DNA from: an uncultured bacterium
GTDB lineage: Bacteria; Patescibacteriota; Dojkabacteria; J137
DNA length: 64,000 nucleotides
Assembly: GCA_963700155.1 (NCBI GenBank)
Contig: OY969472.1
Span: 517,059 to 581,058 of the forward strand
Direction: 5' to 3'
Shown: positions 8,766 to 18,722 of the stretch, piece after piece
Numbering within the stretch: the first letter of the stretch is position 1
Layout of the letters: each line of letters starts with the position of its first letter
The notes under the pieces: generated by a model
Told to the model about the DNA's origin: nothing
Databases searched by the model: none
Seen by the model: the letters and a program-made list of their open reading frames with translations, nothing else
Program-made: the position numbers and the translations under genes

Positions 8766-9641
8766 ATGAACTTAATAACCAGAGATAAAAAATTCATGAA
8801 TACAACAATCACCTTTAAAGTTGTTAAAGGTGATGTAACAACTGTAAAAACCCTAGATTCAATTGAAGCGGCTTTTGGTGAATTTGACAGAATTGTAAAA
8901 CAATATACAAGGTTTGATGAAAACTCTGAACTTTCAAATTTAAATAGAAATAGTGGTAAATGGGTCAAAGTTTCAAGCGAGTTTTTTTGGCTCATAGAAT
9001 ATATGCTTAAACTTGCCAAAAAAACTCGCGGTGCATTCGACCCAACAGTAATAGATTTTCTTGAAGTCTATGGCTATGATAAAAACTATGACTTCTCAAA
9101 ACTTAATAATCCAGAACTTGATAAATTAGTTGAAAAAATCAGTAAAACAAGAAAGTCATGGAAAGATGTTGAATTGAAGAAAAAGAGTAGCGAAGTAAAA
9201 TTGGCAAAGGTCCAAAAAATTGACTTAGGTGGAGTAGGTAAAGGATATGCAATAGATTGTGCTTTTGAAAAATTAAAACAAGTTTCAGATAATTTTCTTA
9301 TTGATGCTGGTGGAGATGTTAGAGCATCTGGCACTAATGAGAAGGGTGAATTATGGAAGGTTGGAATGAAAGATAGAGCAGGAGAAATTGAAGAATTAAT
9401 CGGATATATCGAGCTTAATAATGAAGCCCTCGCATGCTCTGGATCATGGTCTAGAAGAGTGAAACAGTTCCACCATCTTATAAACCCAGCGACTGGAGTT
9501 CCTCAAAATTATTATCGGACAGTTTTTGTTCAAGCTCCTGATGGAATTACTTCAGATTCATGGGCAACTGCAGTTTTTGTTTCGGGAGAAAATGACTTAA
9601 AAATTCCTGAAAATATGAAGATATTCAAAATAACTAATTGA
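8766..9641 (+). CDS. apbE: FAD:protein FMN transferase ApbE family
   Basis: IDLGGVGKGYAIDCAF matches the ApbE signature, and the length fits. The real start may be the Met at 8793. Confidence 0.7.
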   Translation: MNLITRDKKFMNTTITFKVVKGDVTTVKTLDSIEAAFGEFDRIVKQYTRFDENSELSNLNRNSGKWVKVSSEFFWLIEYMLKLAKKTRGAFDPTVIDFLEVYGYDKNYDFSKLNNPELDKLVEKISKTRKSWKDVELKKKSSEVKLAKVQKIDLGGVGKGYAIDCAFEKLKQVSDNFLIDAGGDVRASGTNEKGELWKVGMKDRAGEIEELIGYIELNNEALACSGSWSRRVKQFHHLINPATGVPQNYYRTVFVQAPDGITSDSWATAVFVSGENDLKIPENMKIFKITN

Positions 9642-10338
9642 ATCCTTTTTGGAAGTACAAACTATTTAATCTATAACCGCTCTTAAAAACAGTTTCTATA
9701 AAATAACTCTCACTAGATTCACCTAATTTCTTTCTTAACCTGCTAATCAAAGTATCAACTGCACCATAAGAAACATCACTGTTGTTATAAAAAACTTTAC
9801 TTAAAATCTCATCCCTTGAATAAAGTCTTCCATTCGATTTTAAAAATAACAAAAGTAAATTGAATTCTAATTTCGTAAGATCTATCTGCAAGTCTTTTCT
9901 AAATACAACTTTTGAACACATATCAACTTTGAAATCTCCAACTTCAAATACTTCATTAAAGACTATATTTCTTGTTAGGGCTTTAATTTGAGCTTCGAGA
10001 AGTTTTAACTCAATTGGCTTTTTATGGAAAAGATTTGTTCCACACTCATAACTTTCAATTTCATATTCTAAACTATAATTTTCTGCTGTCATAATTGTTG
10101 GAGTTTCTATTCCTATATTTCTTATTCGTTGAAGTAAAGATAGGCCAGTTCCCTTATCAAGATCCATATCAATGATTATTAAGTCGAATTTTTCTCTATC
10201 AAGAATTCTTAGAGTATCAAGAGCTGAATATCTAACATCAACTTTGAAGTTTTTAAGATTTAAGAATTTCTTAAGCAGAAAAACTAATTTAATATCATCA
10301 TCTATTATTAAAATCTTTGCATTTTTTATTGATTTCAT
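9634..10338 (-). CDS. OmpR/PhoB-type two-component response regulator
   Basis: Receiver domain (ILIIDDD…DLIIIDMDL…K) followed by a C-terminal winged-helix trans_reg_C domain (…YGAVDTLISRLRKKL). No histidine kinase gene adjacent. Confidence 0.8.
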   Translation of the reverse strand: MKSIKNAKILIIDDDIKLVFLLKKFLNLKNFKVDVRYSALDTLRILDREKFDLIIIDMDLDKGTGLSLLQRIRNIGIETPTIMTAENYSLEYEIESYECGTNLFHKKPIELKLLEAQIKALTRNIVFNEVFEVGDFKVDMCSKVVFRKDLQIDLTKLEFNLLLLFLKSNGRLYSRDEILSKVFYNNSDVSYGAVDTLISRLRKKLGESSESYFIETVFKSGYRLNSLYFQKGFN

Positions 10339-10404
10339 GCTTTGGATATTATCAAAGCAAAAAACCTTAAAACAATGTACTGCAATACAAAAATTATGAA
10401 ATAT

Positions 10405-10983
10405 TTATCTGATTATATAATTTTTAATAAAATCCAGAAATTTACCGTAATTTGTATAGATAAGATAAAGATTTGAGAATAAGAGAAGAGGAAAAACAAA
10501 AGAAGTTTCAACTAGTTTTCCAGTAGTTATTCTTAAGCTTTTTAATGGGGGAATTCCGAACCTATATGGGATTGGAAACAGCCAAGGTACACCTTCTTTA
10601 GTAAAAGTATCTAAGACTAAATGCGAAATTAAACCAAACATAAAAGCATTCCAAACTATATTTATGTCCACCAATAAGAATGTTCGCATATATTCTAAAA
10701 TAAACTGTGCCAAGATGCCAAAAATTGCTAATCCTAAAATAGAATGCGAAATAGATCTATGAGCTCCAAAAAATGGATGGAGAATCTTCCCTATTAAAGT
10801 ACCTGCTGGTAACTTTCTCCATAGTTTTCCTGTCGGCTGATCCAAATCCGGAGCAATTCCACCAATCATAGAAGCACCAATTGCAGTAAAAACCGTAGCA
10901 ACACTTACTGTCGGTAAAGGTTGAGTTGCAATAACAAATGTTAGTGTTGTTAATGCTGCTAAATCGTGAGTTCTTCCTGTCAT
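10405..10983 (-). CDS. Membrane-bound metal-dependent hydrolase (DUF457/YdjM-like)
   Basis: Polytopic protein with HDL/His-rich motifs typical of COG1988. Confidence 0.45.
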   Translation of the reverse strand: MTGRTHDLAALTTLTFVIATQPLPTVSVATVFTAIGASMIGGIAPDLDQPTGKLWRKLPAGTLIGKILHPFFGAHRSISHSILGLAIFGILAQFILEYMRTFLLVDINIVWNAFMFGLISHLVLDTFTKEGVPWLFPIPYRFGIPPLKSLRITTGKLVETSFVFPLLLFSNLYLIYTNYGKFLDFIKNYIIR

Positions 10984-11513
10984 GAATTTATTTTATCATT
11001 TTCAACTTTTTCATTAATCTTTTTCATTCTATGTCTTATGAAAGGATTTATTGTTGATATGAATATTATTTCAATAATCAATGCCGAAACTGGTACAAGA
11101 ATGATTACAGAAGATTCAATTACTGATAATCTCATATAGATTACTAGGCCTATTACAGCTGTTATAAGCACGGCCCTTCTTATTGAATTATAAAGAGATG
11201 GTGCATCATAATAACTTTTAAAAAACAACTTATCTAAAAACAAATGAAGGGCCGTGCAAAAACTTAAGATTGCTGCAAGAAATACTCCAAATGCAAGGTA
11301 TGTAACGTTCGTTAAATACTGAAATATCAAACCTTTATCAACTATTCCTCTAATAACTTCATTTAGCTTATCCCAATCTCCGGGATTTATGGCATTAGAA
11401 GTAATAAGTTCGTTAATTTTATTCGCATCGAATGGCGAAAATTCTTTTAGAATATATATTAATATTAAGGTAAAGAATCCTCCTAAAATTGTAAAAATCA
11501 AAGCATTTTTCAT
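10980..11513 (-). CDS. Hypothetical polytopic membrane protein
   Basis: Several hydrophobic helices. Overlaps the downstream gene by 4 nt. Confidence 0.4.
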   Translation of the reverse strand: MKNALIFTILGGFFTLILIYILKEFSPFDANKINELITSNAINPGDWDKLNEVIRGIVDKGLIFQYLTNVTYLAFGVFLAAILSFCTALHLFLDKLFFKSYYDAPSLYNSIRRAVLITAVIGLVIYMRLSVIESSVIILVPVSALIIEIIFISTINPFIRHRMKKINEKVENDKINS

Positions 11514-11607
11514 TATCTGTTATATGAAATGATATACTTAATTGCGATAAAAGGTTTATTTAAAACTAGCAATATTATACATTTTAATAACGATTACATC
11601 TTAAAAT

Positions 11608-12234
11608 ATGGGAGAAAATCTTGGCTGTACATCAATTGGTATTAGAGGGTTAGGGTGTATTATTATGCTTCTTTTTTTAGGATGCTGTTTTTTAACTTTA
11701 TATGTAATTATTAATAAACCAGTCACGTTATGGAATCCAGCTGTTGATATTTTAAACAATGGTTTTGTATATCCAAATTATCAAAAACAACTTTCTACTA
11801 CAATAGAGAGTGAGATTATTTCACAAATTAAAACCGTAGGTGAAAATGATGTATATATTTCAAATGATCAATTAACTTATCTTTTACAAGAAAAGTTGCC
11901 TCAATTTAACGATTTGGTATTTAAATCAGAAGATGGAGTTTTGAAAGCCTATTGGAAATTAGATCAAGGAGAGAAGCCTATTTTCGGAGAAGCAGACATT
12001 CAAGTCTTTGATAAAAATAACTTAGTTATTACAAGATTAGGTACACCTGCAGTAAAATTTCCTAGCGTAATGTATCCTGCAATAAATAATTTATTAGCAA
12101 TTTTTCTAAATCAAGACTTGGTAAAAAAACAATTCGAAAATTTTAAATTGAATGATAATCTAAGAATTGATGAAGTTAGTTTTCTAAAAGATAGGGTATA
12201 TTTGAGTGTAAATGTAGATGTGAAAATATTTTAA
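11608..12234 (+). CDS. Hypothetical membrane-anchored protein
   Basis: N-terminal TM helix. No recognisable motif. Confidence 0.4.
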   Translation: MGENLGCTSIGIRGLGCIIMLLFLGCCFLTLYVIINKPVTLWNPAVDILNNGFVYPNYQKQLSTTIESEIISQIKTVGENDVYISNDQLTYLLQEKLPQFNDLVFKSEDGVLKAYWKLDQGEKPIFGEADIQVFDKNNLVITRLGTPAVKFPSVMYPAINNLLAIFLNQDLVKKQFENFKLNDNLRIDEVSFLKDRVYLSVNVDVKIF

Positions 12235-12235
12235 T

Positions 12236-13159
12236 ATGATAAAAGCATTTGTTGGAAACGATACTTACGATAGTTATATAAAAGCAAAGACAGAGGCTGA
12301 AAAACTTTCGAAATTAAAAAACTCTGAAGTTAAAACTATAGAAGTTGATGAAATAAATGAAGTCAATAATTTTCTAGAGCAGATAGAAGGAATAGACATG
12401 TTTAATCAAGGTTCAGTGATTTTTGCTAAAAGATTGTTGAATAATAAAAAAATTTCTGAGTATTTAACAGATAATTTCAAATCATTAGATAACTTCGATA
12501 TTGTTATCTGGCATGATAATAAACTAGACAGCAAATTAAGAATAGCAAAAGCACTAAAGAACAATGCTTCATTATTTATTTCCGATCTACCAAGAGAGAG
12601 AGAGTTTAACTATTGGATAAATGATCAATTTAAAATTGCAGGAATAAGATTATCAAGTAATCAATTAGAGTATATTTCTGAACACCTGGATAATGATAAA
12701 TGGATAATACTAAATGAATTGGAAAAGATAAAACTTTACTTAAAATCCAAAAAACAAACCATTTTATCTGGCGGTGATTTAAAAATGCTTTTAGGTTTTA
12801 ATATAAAAGGTGACATGTGGGGGTTTCTTGATGCTGTAGGGCAGAGAAATAAGAAAAAGTCTTTAGAAGAATTTGAAAAACTGGTTTTTTATGAAGATGT
12901 ATCTCAACTTATACTCGCTATGCTATTAAGAGAATTTAAACTTTTATCACAAGTTATTTATGCTAAAGAGATGAACTTACAAACTAGTATTTTAGGGATA
13001 AATCCATACGTTTTGAAAAAAACTTTAACAAAAAGCAGATACTTTACTTTCAATGAAATAAAAAATTTTATAAAAAAACTCTTCGATTTGGATCTTGCCA
13101 TTAAAAAGGGTGATATTGATGAAAAATTAGGTTTAACTTTATTTCTTTCAACACTATAA
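12236..13159 (+). CDS. holA: DNA polymerase III delta subunit-like
   Basis: N-terminal (AFVGNDTYDSYI) and C-terminal (LDLAIKKGDIDEKLGLTLFL) patterns resemble HolA. 307 aa. Weak. Confidence 0.45.
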   Translation: MIKAFVGNDTYDSYIKAKTEAEKLSKLKNSEVKTIEVDEINEVNNFLEQIEGIDMFNQGSVIFAKRLLNNKKISEYLTDNFKSLDNFDIVIWHDNKLDSKLRIAKALKNNASLFISDLPREREFNYWINDQFKIAGIRLSSNQLEYISEHLDNDKWIILNELEKIKLYLKSKKQTILSGGDLKMLLGFNIKGDMWGFLDAVGQRNKKKSLEEFEKLVFYEDVSQLILAMLLREFKLLSQVIYAKEMNLQTSILGINPYVLKKTLTKSRYFTFNEIKNFIKKLFDLDLAIKKGDIDEKLGLTLFLSTL

Positions 13160-13201
13160 ATTTTGATTTTTTAATCATCATCTTTAATGTAAAATGTCTT
13201 T

Positions 13202-14431
13202 ATGTACAAAATTAATATGCGAAAAAAAATATTAATAAGCTTTATCTTTTTACAAGTTATTTTAATATTAGGCTCAGGTTTTGTAAGTGCTGATGATATT
13301 CAAAGCTTATCCACTCTTAATATTGACACTTCTATCACAGTAAAAGATACTACTGGTTTTGGAGATCCCACACAGATTATTGTTACTCCTGTTTTTATTA
13401 ATAATGGAACAGAAGTAAACACAGATAAATGGGTTAGAGGTATTTATTATTACACTATCGATAAATTAGGATTTCAAAACATTCCTTTTCATTATTTAAT
13501 TACAGAAGATGGTGGAGTTTTTAAAGGTAACAGCTCAGGTGATGAGAAAAAAATTAACATAGAAGGAATTGGCGATAATGCAGTTGTAGTTGGATATTTA
13601 AGTACAGATGAGGCGGGCGCTATAGCGCCCGCCTCAGAACAACCATTATCAAATCTGCTGCTAAATATAGCTAATCAAGATTCTATAAATCCTGAAAATA
13701 TATCAGCAAGTGGAATAAATTTTATTAAAGATAGTTCAAGCAATACAATAACAATTCAAAAAGCTAAAGTTGGGAGTGAGTGGAGTATAGGTATTAATAA
13801 AATTGTAAATAATATTAAAAATAAGTATTCTCCAATTACAAAAAAATATAGCGTTGAAATAACTCAGGTTACATTACCAACAAACGAAATAACACCTGGT
13901 GATGAAGCTACAGTCTCGATTAAAATAAAAAATACTGGTAAGAATGGATTTTATAGTGGTGCTAATTCTGAAATACTTTTAACAAAAGATAATGGAATTT
14001 CCAGCAACTTCTATATAAATAATACATGGCTCAGCCAAACTCAAACTGGAATAATGTCAGATGGTATATCTCTTCTCCCAGGTGAAGAAAAAGGGTTTGA
14101 TTTTAAAGTCAAAGCTCCACTGGCAACCGGAGATTATTCAGAAAACTTTATTTTGAAAACTGCAGGTGGAACTACTATAAAAAGTAACAAAAATATTGAG
14201 TTAAAAATTAAGTTAAAAAAAACTAATAAACAAATTATTGAGATAAAAACAAGCTATGATTATGTAAATGTAAGAAGCAAACCTTATGATTCAGCCCCTG
14301 TTTTAAGAAAAGTTACTGCAGGAGAAAGATATTTCCTTCTAGATCTAAATGAAGATACCCTTTGGGCAAAAATTGACTTAGGGGGTGGAGTAGAAGGTTA
14401 CCTTCCCGCTTGGGATTTGAAATATATTTAA
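13202..14431 (+). CDS. Secreted cell-wall-associated protein: PGRP/amidase_2-like domain plus C-terminal bacterial SH3 domain
   Basis: Signal peptide. GFQNIPFHYLITEDGGVFKG resembles the amidase_2 core, but the Zn-ligand His is not evident. C-terminal SH3b-like segment (YVNVRSKPY…GYLPAWDL). Confidence 0.45.
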   Translation: MYKINMRKKILISFIFLQVILILGSGFVSADDIQSLSTLNIDTSITVKDTTGFGDPTQIIVTPVFINNGTEVNTDKWVRGIYYYTIDKLGFQNIPFHYLITEDGGVFKGNSSGDEKKINIEGIGDNAVVVGYLSTDEAGAIAPASEQPLSNLLLNIANQDSINPENISASGINFIKDSSSNTITIQKAKVGSEWSIGINKIVNNIKNKYSPITKKYSVEITQVTLPTNEITPGDEATVSIKIKNTGKNGFYSGANSEILLTKDNGISSNFYINNTWLSQTQTGIMSDGISLLPGEEKGFDFKVKAPLATGDYSENFILKTAGGTTIKSNKNIELKIKLKKTNKQIIEIKTSYDYVNVRSKPYDSAPVLRKVTAGERYFLLDLNEDTLWAKIDLGGGVEGYLPAWDLKYI

Positions 14432-14442
14432 TAAAATTCTAA

Positions 14443-15930
14443 ATGCCAAAGGTAAAAATAATACTAATTATTGTTTTTGTGCTTTCTTTTTTTGTTAGTT
14501 TATTGCTTTTTCTAAAGTTTAATACTGTTGGATTTGAACAATCATTTAGGGCATATTTGGCATGGTATAACCCGACTGATGATAATTTAAAAAATTTCTA
14601 TGATATTTCGACTAGTCAAAATTTTTTATCTTCATTAAATTTTGAAAATCAGACTTTTAAAAACGGGACTGAATTGTTTGATTTCTTAAGGAATGAACAA
14701 AAGACAAACAATTCAGTCCCCGCAGTAGCTAAAGATAATCGAGACAGCAAAGTTCCAATTCAATTTGATGAAGAGAATATTGACGATACAAACCTTCCTC
14801 AGAAAATTACTTATGTATCACCTGGAGTTCTTGGATACTATGTATATAATTATGATCTAGTAAGATTCTCTCCTGATAAAAATACTCTTGAAAGCAAATA
14901 TTTAAATTTAAAAGAGAGTACTATTGATCCTATTTCAAAAAAGAATGTTACTGGTACAAAAGATTTAAAAACAGCAAAGACAGAAGTTAATAGTTATTTT
15001 AATAAACTTATAACTGATGTTGGCAATACAAACACATATGATGGCTTAACAAAAGAGAGTTTTAAAAAACTTGAAAACCACGAGGTTCTTGAAAATATTT
15101 CAGTTAATTCAATAAATTTTGTTGAAAAGAACTTTAAAGAAACTGAATTAAAAGATAACAAATTAATTATTGGAACGATAAATATTCACTTAGAAAACTG
15201 TTTTAAAGATTTTTCAGAAGATTTGAGTTTTTCTATCAATACCGGTGACATTCAAATTAATGACTTAAATGATTTTGTAAGTAACTTATGTAAAAAGCAA
15301 TTCGTTAAAGTTAATGGGGTAATTACCGGAACTTGTACTGATTGTACTTATTATCCAGCTGATAAATGGCATGCTTTAAGATCTGACTATACTCCCAAAA
15401 CTCAATTGATTGATTTCGCTCCGGGAGGACAATATATTAATACACAAGCATATAACGACTTTAAAGATTTATACAACGCAGCAAAAGCAGATGGAATATA
15501 TATTTATGTAACTTCAGGCTATCGTTCTTACAATACTCAAGTTGCGACATATCAAGGCTGGGTAAACACTGAACTTGCTGCTGGTTATTCTTTGTCTGAG
15601 GCAGAAGCTATTGCTAATACTTATTCAGCTCTTCCTGGGTACTCAGAGCACCAGCTTGGAACAGCGTTAGATTTAAATGGAGCAGGATGTGAAATTTCTG
15701 ATGGATATTGTTCAACAAACGAAACAATCTGGAACTGGCTTGCGGAAAATGCTTATAAATATGGGTTTGCACAATCATACCCTGAAGGAAAAGAGTCAAT
15801 TACAGGATATACCACCGAAAGGTGGCATTACAGGTGGATTGGGAAAGACTTAGCTGAAGAATATAAAAAAGCTGGAGGAGGAACAAAAATTACTTTAAAT
15901 GTATTTTTATTGAATAAAGGATTATATTAA
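14443..15930 (+). CDS. Membrane-anchored D,D-carboxypeptidase/peptidase M15 (VanY-like)
   Basis: N-terminal TM. C-terminal YVTSGYRSY…GYSEHQLGTALDL…W motifs fit the M15B Zn-peptidase family. Confidence 0.7.
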   Translation: MPKVKIILIIVFVLSFFVSLLLFLKFNTVGFEQSFRAYLAWYNPTDDNLKNFYDISTSQNFLSSLNFENQTFKNGTELFDFLRNEQKTNNSVPAVAKDNRDSKVPIQFDEENIDDTNLPQKITYVSPGVLGYYVYNYDLVRFSPDKNTLESKYLNLKESTIDPISKKNVTGTKDLKTAKTEVNSYFNKLITDVGNTNTYDGLTKESFKKLENHEVLENISVNSINFVEKNFKETELKDNKLIIGTINIHLENCFKDFSEDLSFSINTGDIQINDLNDFVSNLCKKQFVKVNGVITGTCTDCTYYPADKWHALRSDYTPKTQLIDFAPGGQYINTQAYNDFKDLYNAAKADGIYIYVTSGYRSYNTQVATYQGWVNTELAAGYSLSEAEAIANTYSALPGYSEHQLGTALDLNGAGCEISDGYCSTNETIWNWLAENAYKYGFAQSYPEGKESITGYTTERWHYRWIGKDLAEEYKKAGGGTKITLNVFLLNKGLY

Positions 15931-16388
15931 ATTTCGGATTGAACTCTTTGTTTTGCAATTCCAATTATTGCTTTATATGCAAGATAATGTACTGTACCAT
16001 CGTCTAGTAAAACCCCAGCTTCAATTAATTCTTTTATTTCATCATCAGTTATTTGAATACTTTTTGGACTTAGAGCAATAGCTTCAAGTTTTGAATAGAG
16101 ATCTTTATTATTTGCATTCAACATTAATATATCAGCCTCAAGAGATATCTGTGTTTCATTTAAAGCCGCTTGTACTAAATTCCTTGCTTTAGTTGTAAGT
16201 ATAAAAATACCAAGCTTTTCTTGGAGAAAACCAAAAGAAACTAATTTCTCTCCTAATTCTTTTTCTATATGAACAGGTGATTCTGGTAGCCGTCTTGAAG
16301 CTCTTATTACCAACTTATAAACATCTGGAAATTCATCTTCTAAAGATTCAAAAATTGCCAATATACTTTTTTCACGATAATTATCCAT
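15927..16388 (-). CDS. Hypothetical protein with two copies of a ~70-aa repeat (paralog of the next gene)
   Basis: EFPDVYKLVIRA…GIFILTTKARNLVQAAL and a second similar module. Last gene of the femAB-like operon. Confidence 0.45.
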   Translation of the reverse strand: MDNYREKSILAIFESLEDEFPDVYKLVIRASRRLPESPVHIEKELGEKLVSFGFLQEKLGIFILTTKARNLVQAALNETQISLEADILMLNANNKDLYSKLEAIALSPKSIQITDDEIKELIEAGVLLDDGTVHYLAYKAIIGIAKQRVQSEI

Positions 16389-16398
16389 AAATTTTAAA

Positions 16399-16665
16399 CT
16401 AAGATTCCCTTTGATTAATTTTTATACTCTGTAAAGCACCTTCAGTTAATTCGTAAATGCCATTATTCAAAACTATTACTCCTAATCTTTCCAATCTAGA
16501 TTTTAGTTCTTCAGAAAAACTATTTATAATACGGGCTCTAACTTCCTCTGATTGATAGTAACATCGAACCAGTATTCTATAAACTTCAGGAGTTTCTTCG
16601 TAAATATTCTTTAAATGTGTTGAGGTTATAAAATTTCCGATAGCTTCAAAGTACATATCTATCAT
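16399..16665 (-). CDS. Hypothetical small protein (single copy of the same ~70-aa module)
   Basis: ETPEVYRILVRCY…GVIVLNNGIYELTEGALQSI parallels the N-terminal half of the 153-aa neighbour. Confidence 0.45.
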   Translation of the reverse strand: MIDMYFEAIGNFITSTHLKNIYEETPEVYRILVRCYYQSEEVRARIINSFSEELKSRLERLGVIVLNNGIYELTEGALQSIKINQRES

Positions 16666-16670
16666 CTTAA

Positions 16671-17582
16671 TTATCTAAAAATTAAGACTTGTCTAGCTCT
16701 AGCAGCAATTTGAAAGAGTTTATACCAAAAAGGTTCAATGATAAAATCGACTGTTTCTGCATAATTAATAACTCTCCCTCCAAAGCCAACTTTAAATCTT
16801 GAAAATCCATCATAAATTATCTCTCCACTTTCTGATTTACCAACTGATTTAATTCCCCATAAATCTAAACTTTTAAATCCATTTTGTTTTCCCCATTGGA
16901 TAATTTCCCAAACTAATGCATATGGAGCCATAACATTTTTAAATTCATCACTTGAACCTCCATATGGATAATAAATTACTTCTTCATATAAAAATAATAA
17001 CCAGGAGGCTAGTGGTTTTCCTTGAAAATATGCTGTAGCGATTGTTACAATTTTATCCGATTTTAAAGAATTCCATACTGTAGTTATATATTCTTTGCTT
17101 CGTCCATGGTAACCTTGACGAATAACAGTTGCTTCATAAAGTTTTAGGAATTCAGCAAAAGCATCTTCAGAGTCTGATATTTTAACTTCAACTCCTTTTT
17201 TGTGTGCTAAATTTAAGTTGTATCTATGCTTTTGCTTCATAGAGGCTAATAATTCTTCATCACTTATTGTTAAATTAATAGCTGTATTTTCTTGAAGATG
17301 AACTGGAATTCCTGATTTAAATTGATATTGAGAGGGAAGAGTTGCATTTTCAGAAATTAAATTTTCTGGGTCAATTGTTACATAAACACACTTAGCTTCT
17401 TTAGCTTTTCTATGCAGCTCTTCCCAATTTATCTTTGTTAAATCCGGACGTGGCATATATCCAACTGTTTTACCTATCAATGGTAGAGTAGTTGTTTGAA
17501 AAAAGTAACCTCCTACATCATAAACTTGATTTCCAAGACTCCTTTTACATTCCTTCCAGTATTTTGATTGTAAAAAATGCAT
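16671..17582 (-). CDS. FemAB-family peptidoglycan interpeptide-bridge aminoacyl transferase
   Basis: FemAB/GNAT-like pattern: …LDLWGIKS…FKVGFGG. 303 aa. Confidence 0.65.
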   Translation of the reverse strand: MHFLQSKYWKECKRSLGNQVYDVGGYFFQTTTLPLIGKTVGYMPRPDLTKINWEELHRKAKEAKCVYVTIDPENLISENATLPSQYQFKSGIPVHLQENTAINLTISDEELLASMKQKHRYNLNLAHKKGVEVKISDSEDAFAEFLKLYEATVIRQGYHGRSKEYITTVWNSLKSDKIVTIATAYFQGKPLASWLLFLYEEVIYYPYGGSSDEFKNVMAPYALVWEIIQWGKQNGFKSLDLWGIKSVGKSESGEIIYDGFSRFKVGFGGRVINYAETVDFIIEPFWYKLFQIAARARQVLIFR

Positions 17583-17583
17583 A

Positions 17584-18666
17584 TTAATATCTATCCTTTC
17601 TATAACTCCAGAAATCTATAGCTCTATGTAGTAAATATCTTAAATTATCATTATAAATTTCCATTGGACCAACATAATTAATTTCCTTTCCACCAAAACT
17701 TCTCTTGAATTCAGAAACCCCATTCATAGGATTTTTTGCCTTCTTGTTTTCAGGTAAAGATTTAGGCAGAATTCCCCACATATTATATTTTCTGAAACCT
17801 TTTTCTTTAGCATATTTCATTATCTCCCACTGTAAAAAATATGGAGAGCGGAGCTTTGACATAGTTCTATCAGATGTAGAAGCTCCATGAGTATAATAAG
17901 CTGTTTCATTATAGTAATTAATCAAAGCTCCGCTAATATATTTGGCTCTATATCTTGCTAAGAATATATCCGTCATTCCTTTAGGATTCAATGCATCAAA
18001 CTGCTTTTTGAAATATTCAAAATCATAGTTTCCAAAACCTTTTCTTTGAGTAGTTTCATTCATCAAATCTGAAAAGGCTTTAACTTCTTCAATTGTAGTA
18101 GCTTTTACTAATTCTAGTTCACTTCTTGATGACCGATTTATATTATATCTGGTCGAATCGCTCATTTTCGAGCGCAACTCATCCTCATTTTGATCTAAAT
18201 CTAACTCCCAGACATCTTTAGCTTGAGCAGGGGCGAGGGATGTTTTAAAGCCTAAATTCTTTAAATTTTCACTATATTTTTTAGGGAGCAGTGGATCAAA
18301 TCTGAAAAGAGTAAGGAAATTTTGGAATATATAATCCTGCATAAAGTTTTTTAACTGTGTAAAAAAATCTGCAAATTCTTGTTCATTCATAGGATCACCA
18401 ACTATAACTGGTCCATATGGAACATAAGCATATTTTATAAATTTCCTTCTGTAAATTTCTATATATAAAATTCCTATTTCATATTCTCTGTCGCCAACTT
18501 CAAGGATAATAAAATATTGATCAATTTCTTTTCCTAATGATTTTTGAAAATCGATCCAATTAATTGAAGAAAGAAATGAAGAATTTTCTGCTTCTAAATT
18601 TATTTTTTCCCATATTTGTTTTTTATCTTCACTATATTTTTCAAATTTTAGTAGCACAGAAATCAA
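17584..18666 (-). CDS. FemAB-family peptidoglycan interpeptide-bridge aminoacyl transferase (second paralog)
   Basis: YNMWGILP…EFKRSFGG. 360 aa. In tandem with the previous gene. Confidence 0.65.
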   Translation of the reverse strand: MISVLLKFEKYSEDKKQIWEKINLEAENSSFLSSINWIDFQKSLGKEIDQYFIILEVGDREYEIGILYIEIYRRKFIKYAYVPYGPVIVGDPMNEQEFADFFTQLKNFMQDYIFQNFLTLFRFDPLLPKKYSENLKNLGFKTSLAPAQAKDVWELDLDQNEDELRSKMSDSTRYNINRSSRSELELVKATTIEEVKAFSDLMNETTQRKGFGNYDFEYFKKQFDALNPKGMTDIFLARYRAKYISGALINYYNETAYYTHGASTSDRTMSKLRSPYFLQWEIMKYAKEKGFRKYNMWGILPKSLPENKKAKNPMNGVSEFKRSFGGKEINYVGPMEIYNDNLRYLLHRAIDFWSYRKDRY

Positions 18667-18722
18667 AATTTTAAAAATAAGTATAGAAAGATTTTACACC
18701 ATAGCAGAATTAATCAAAAATT

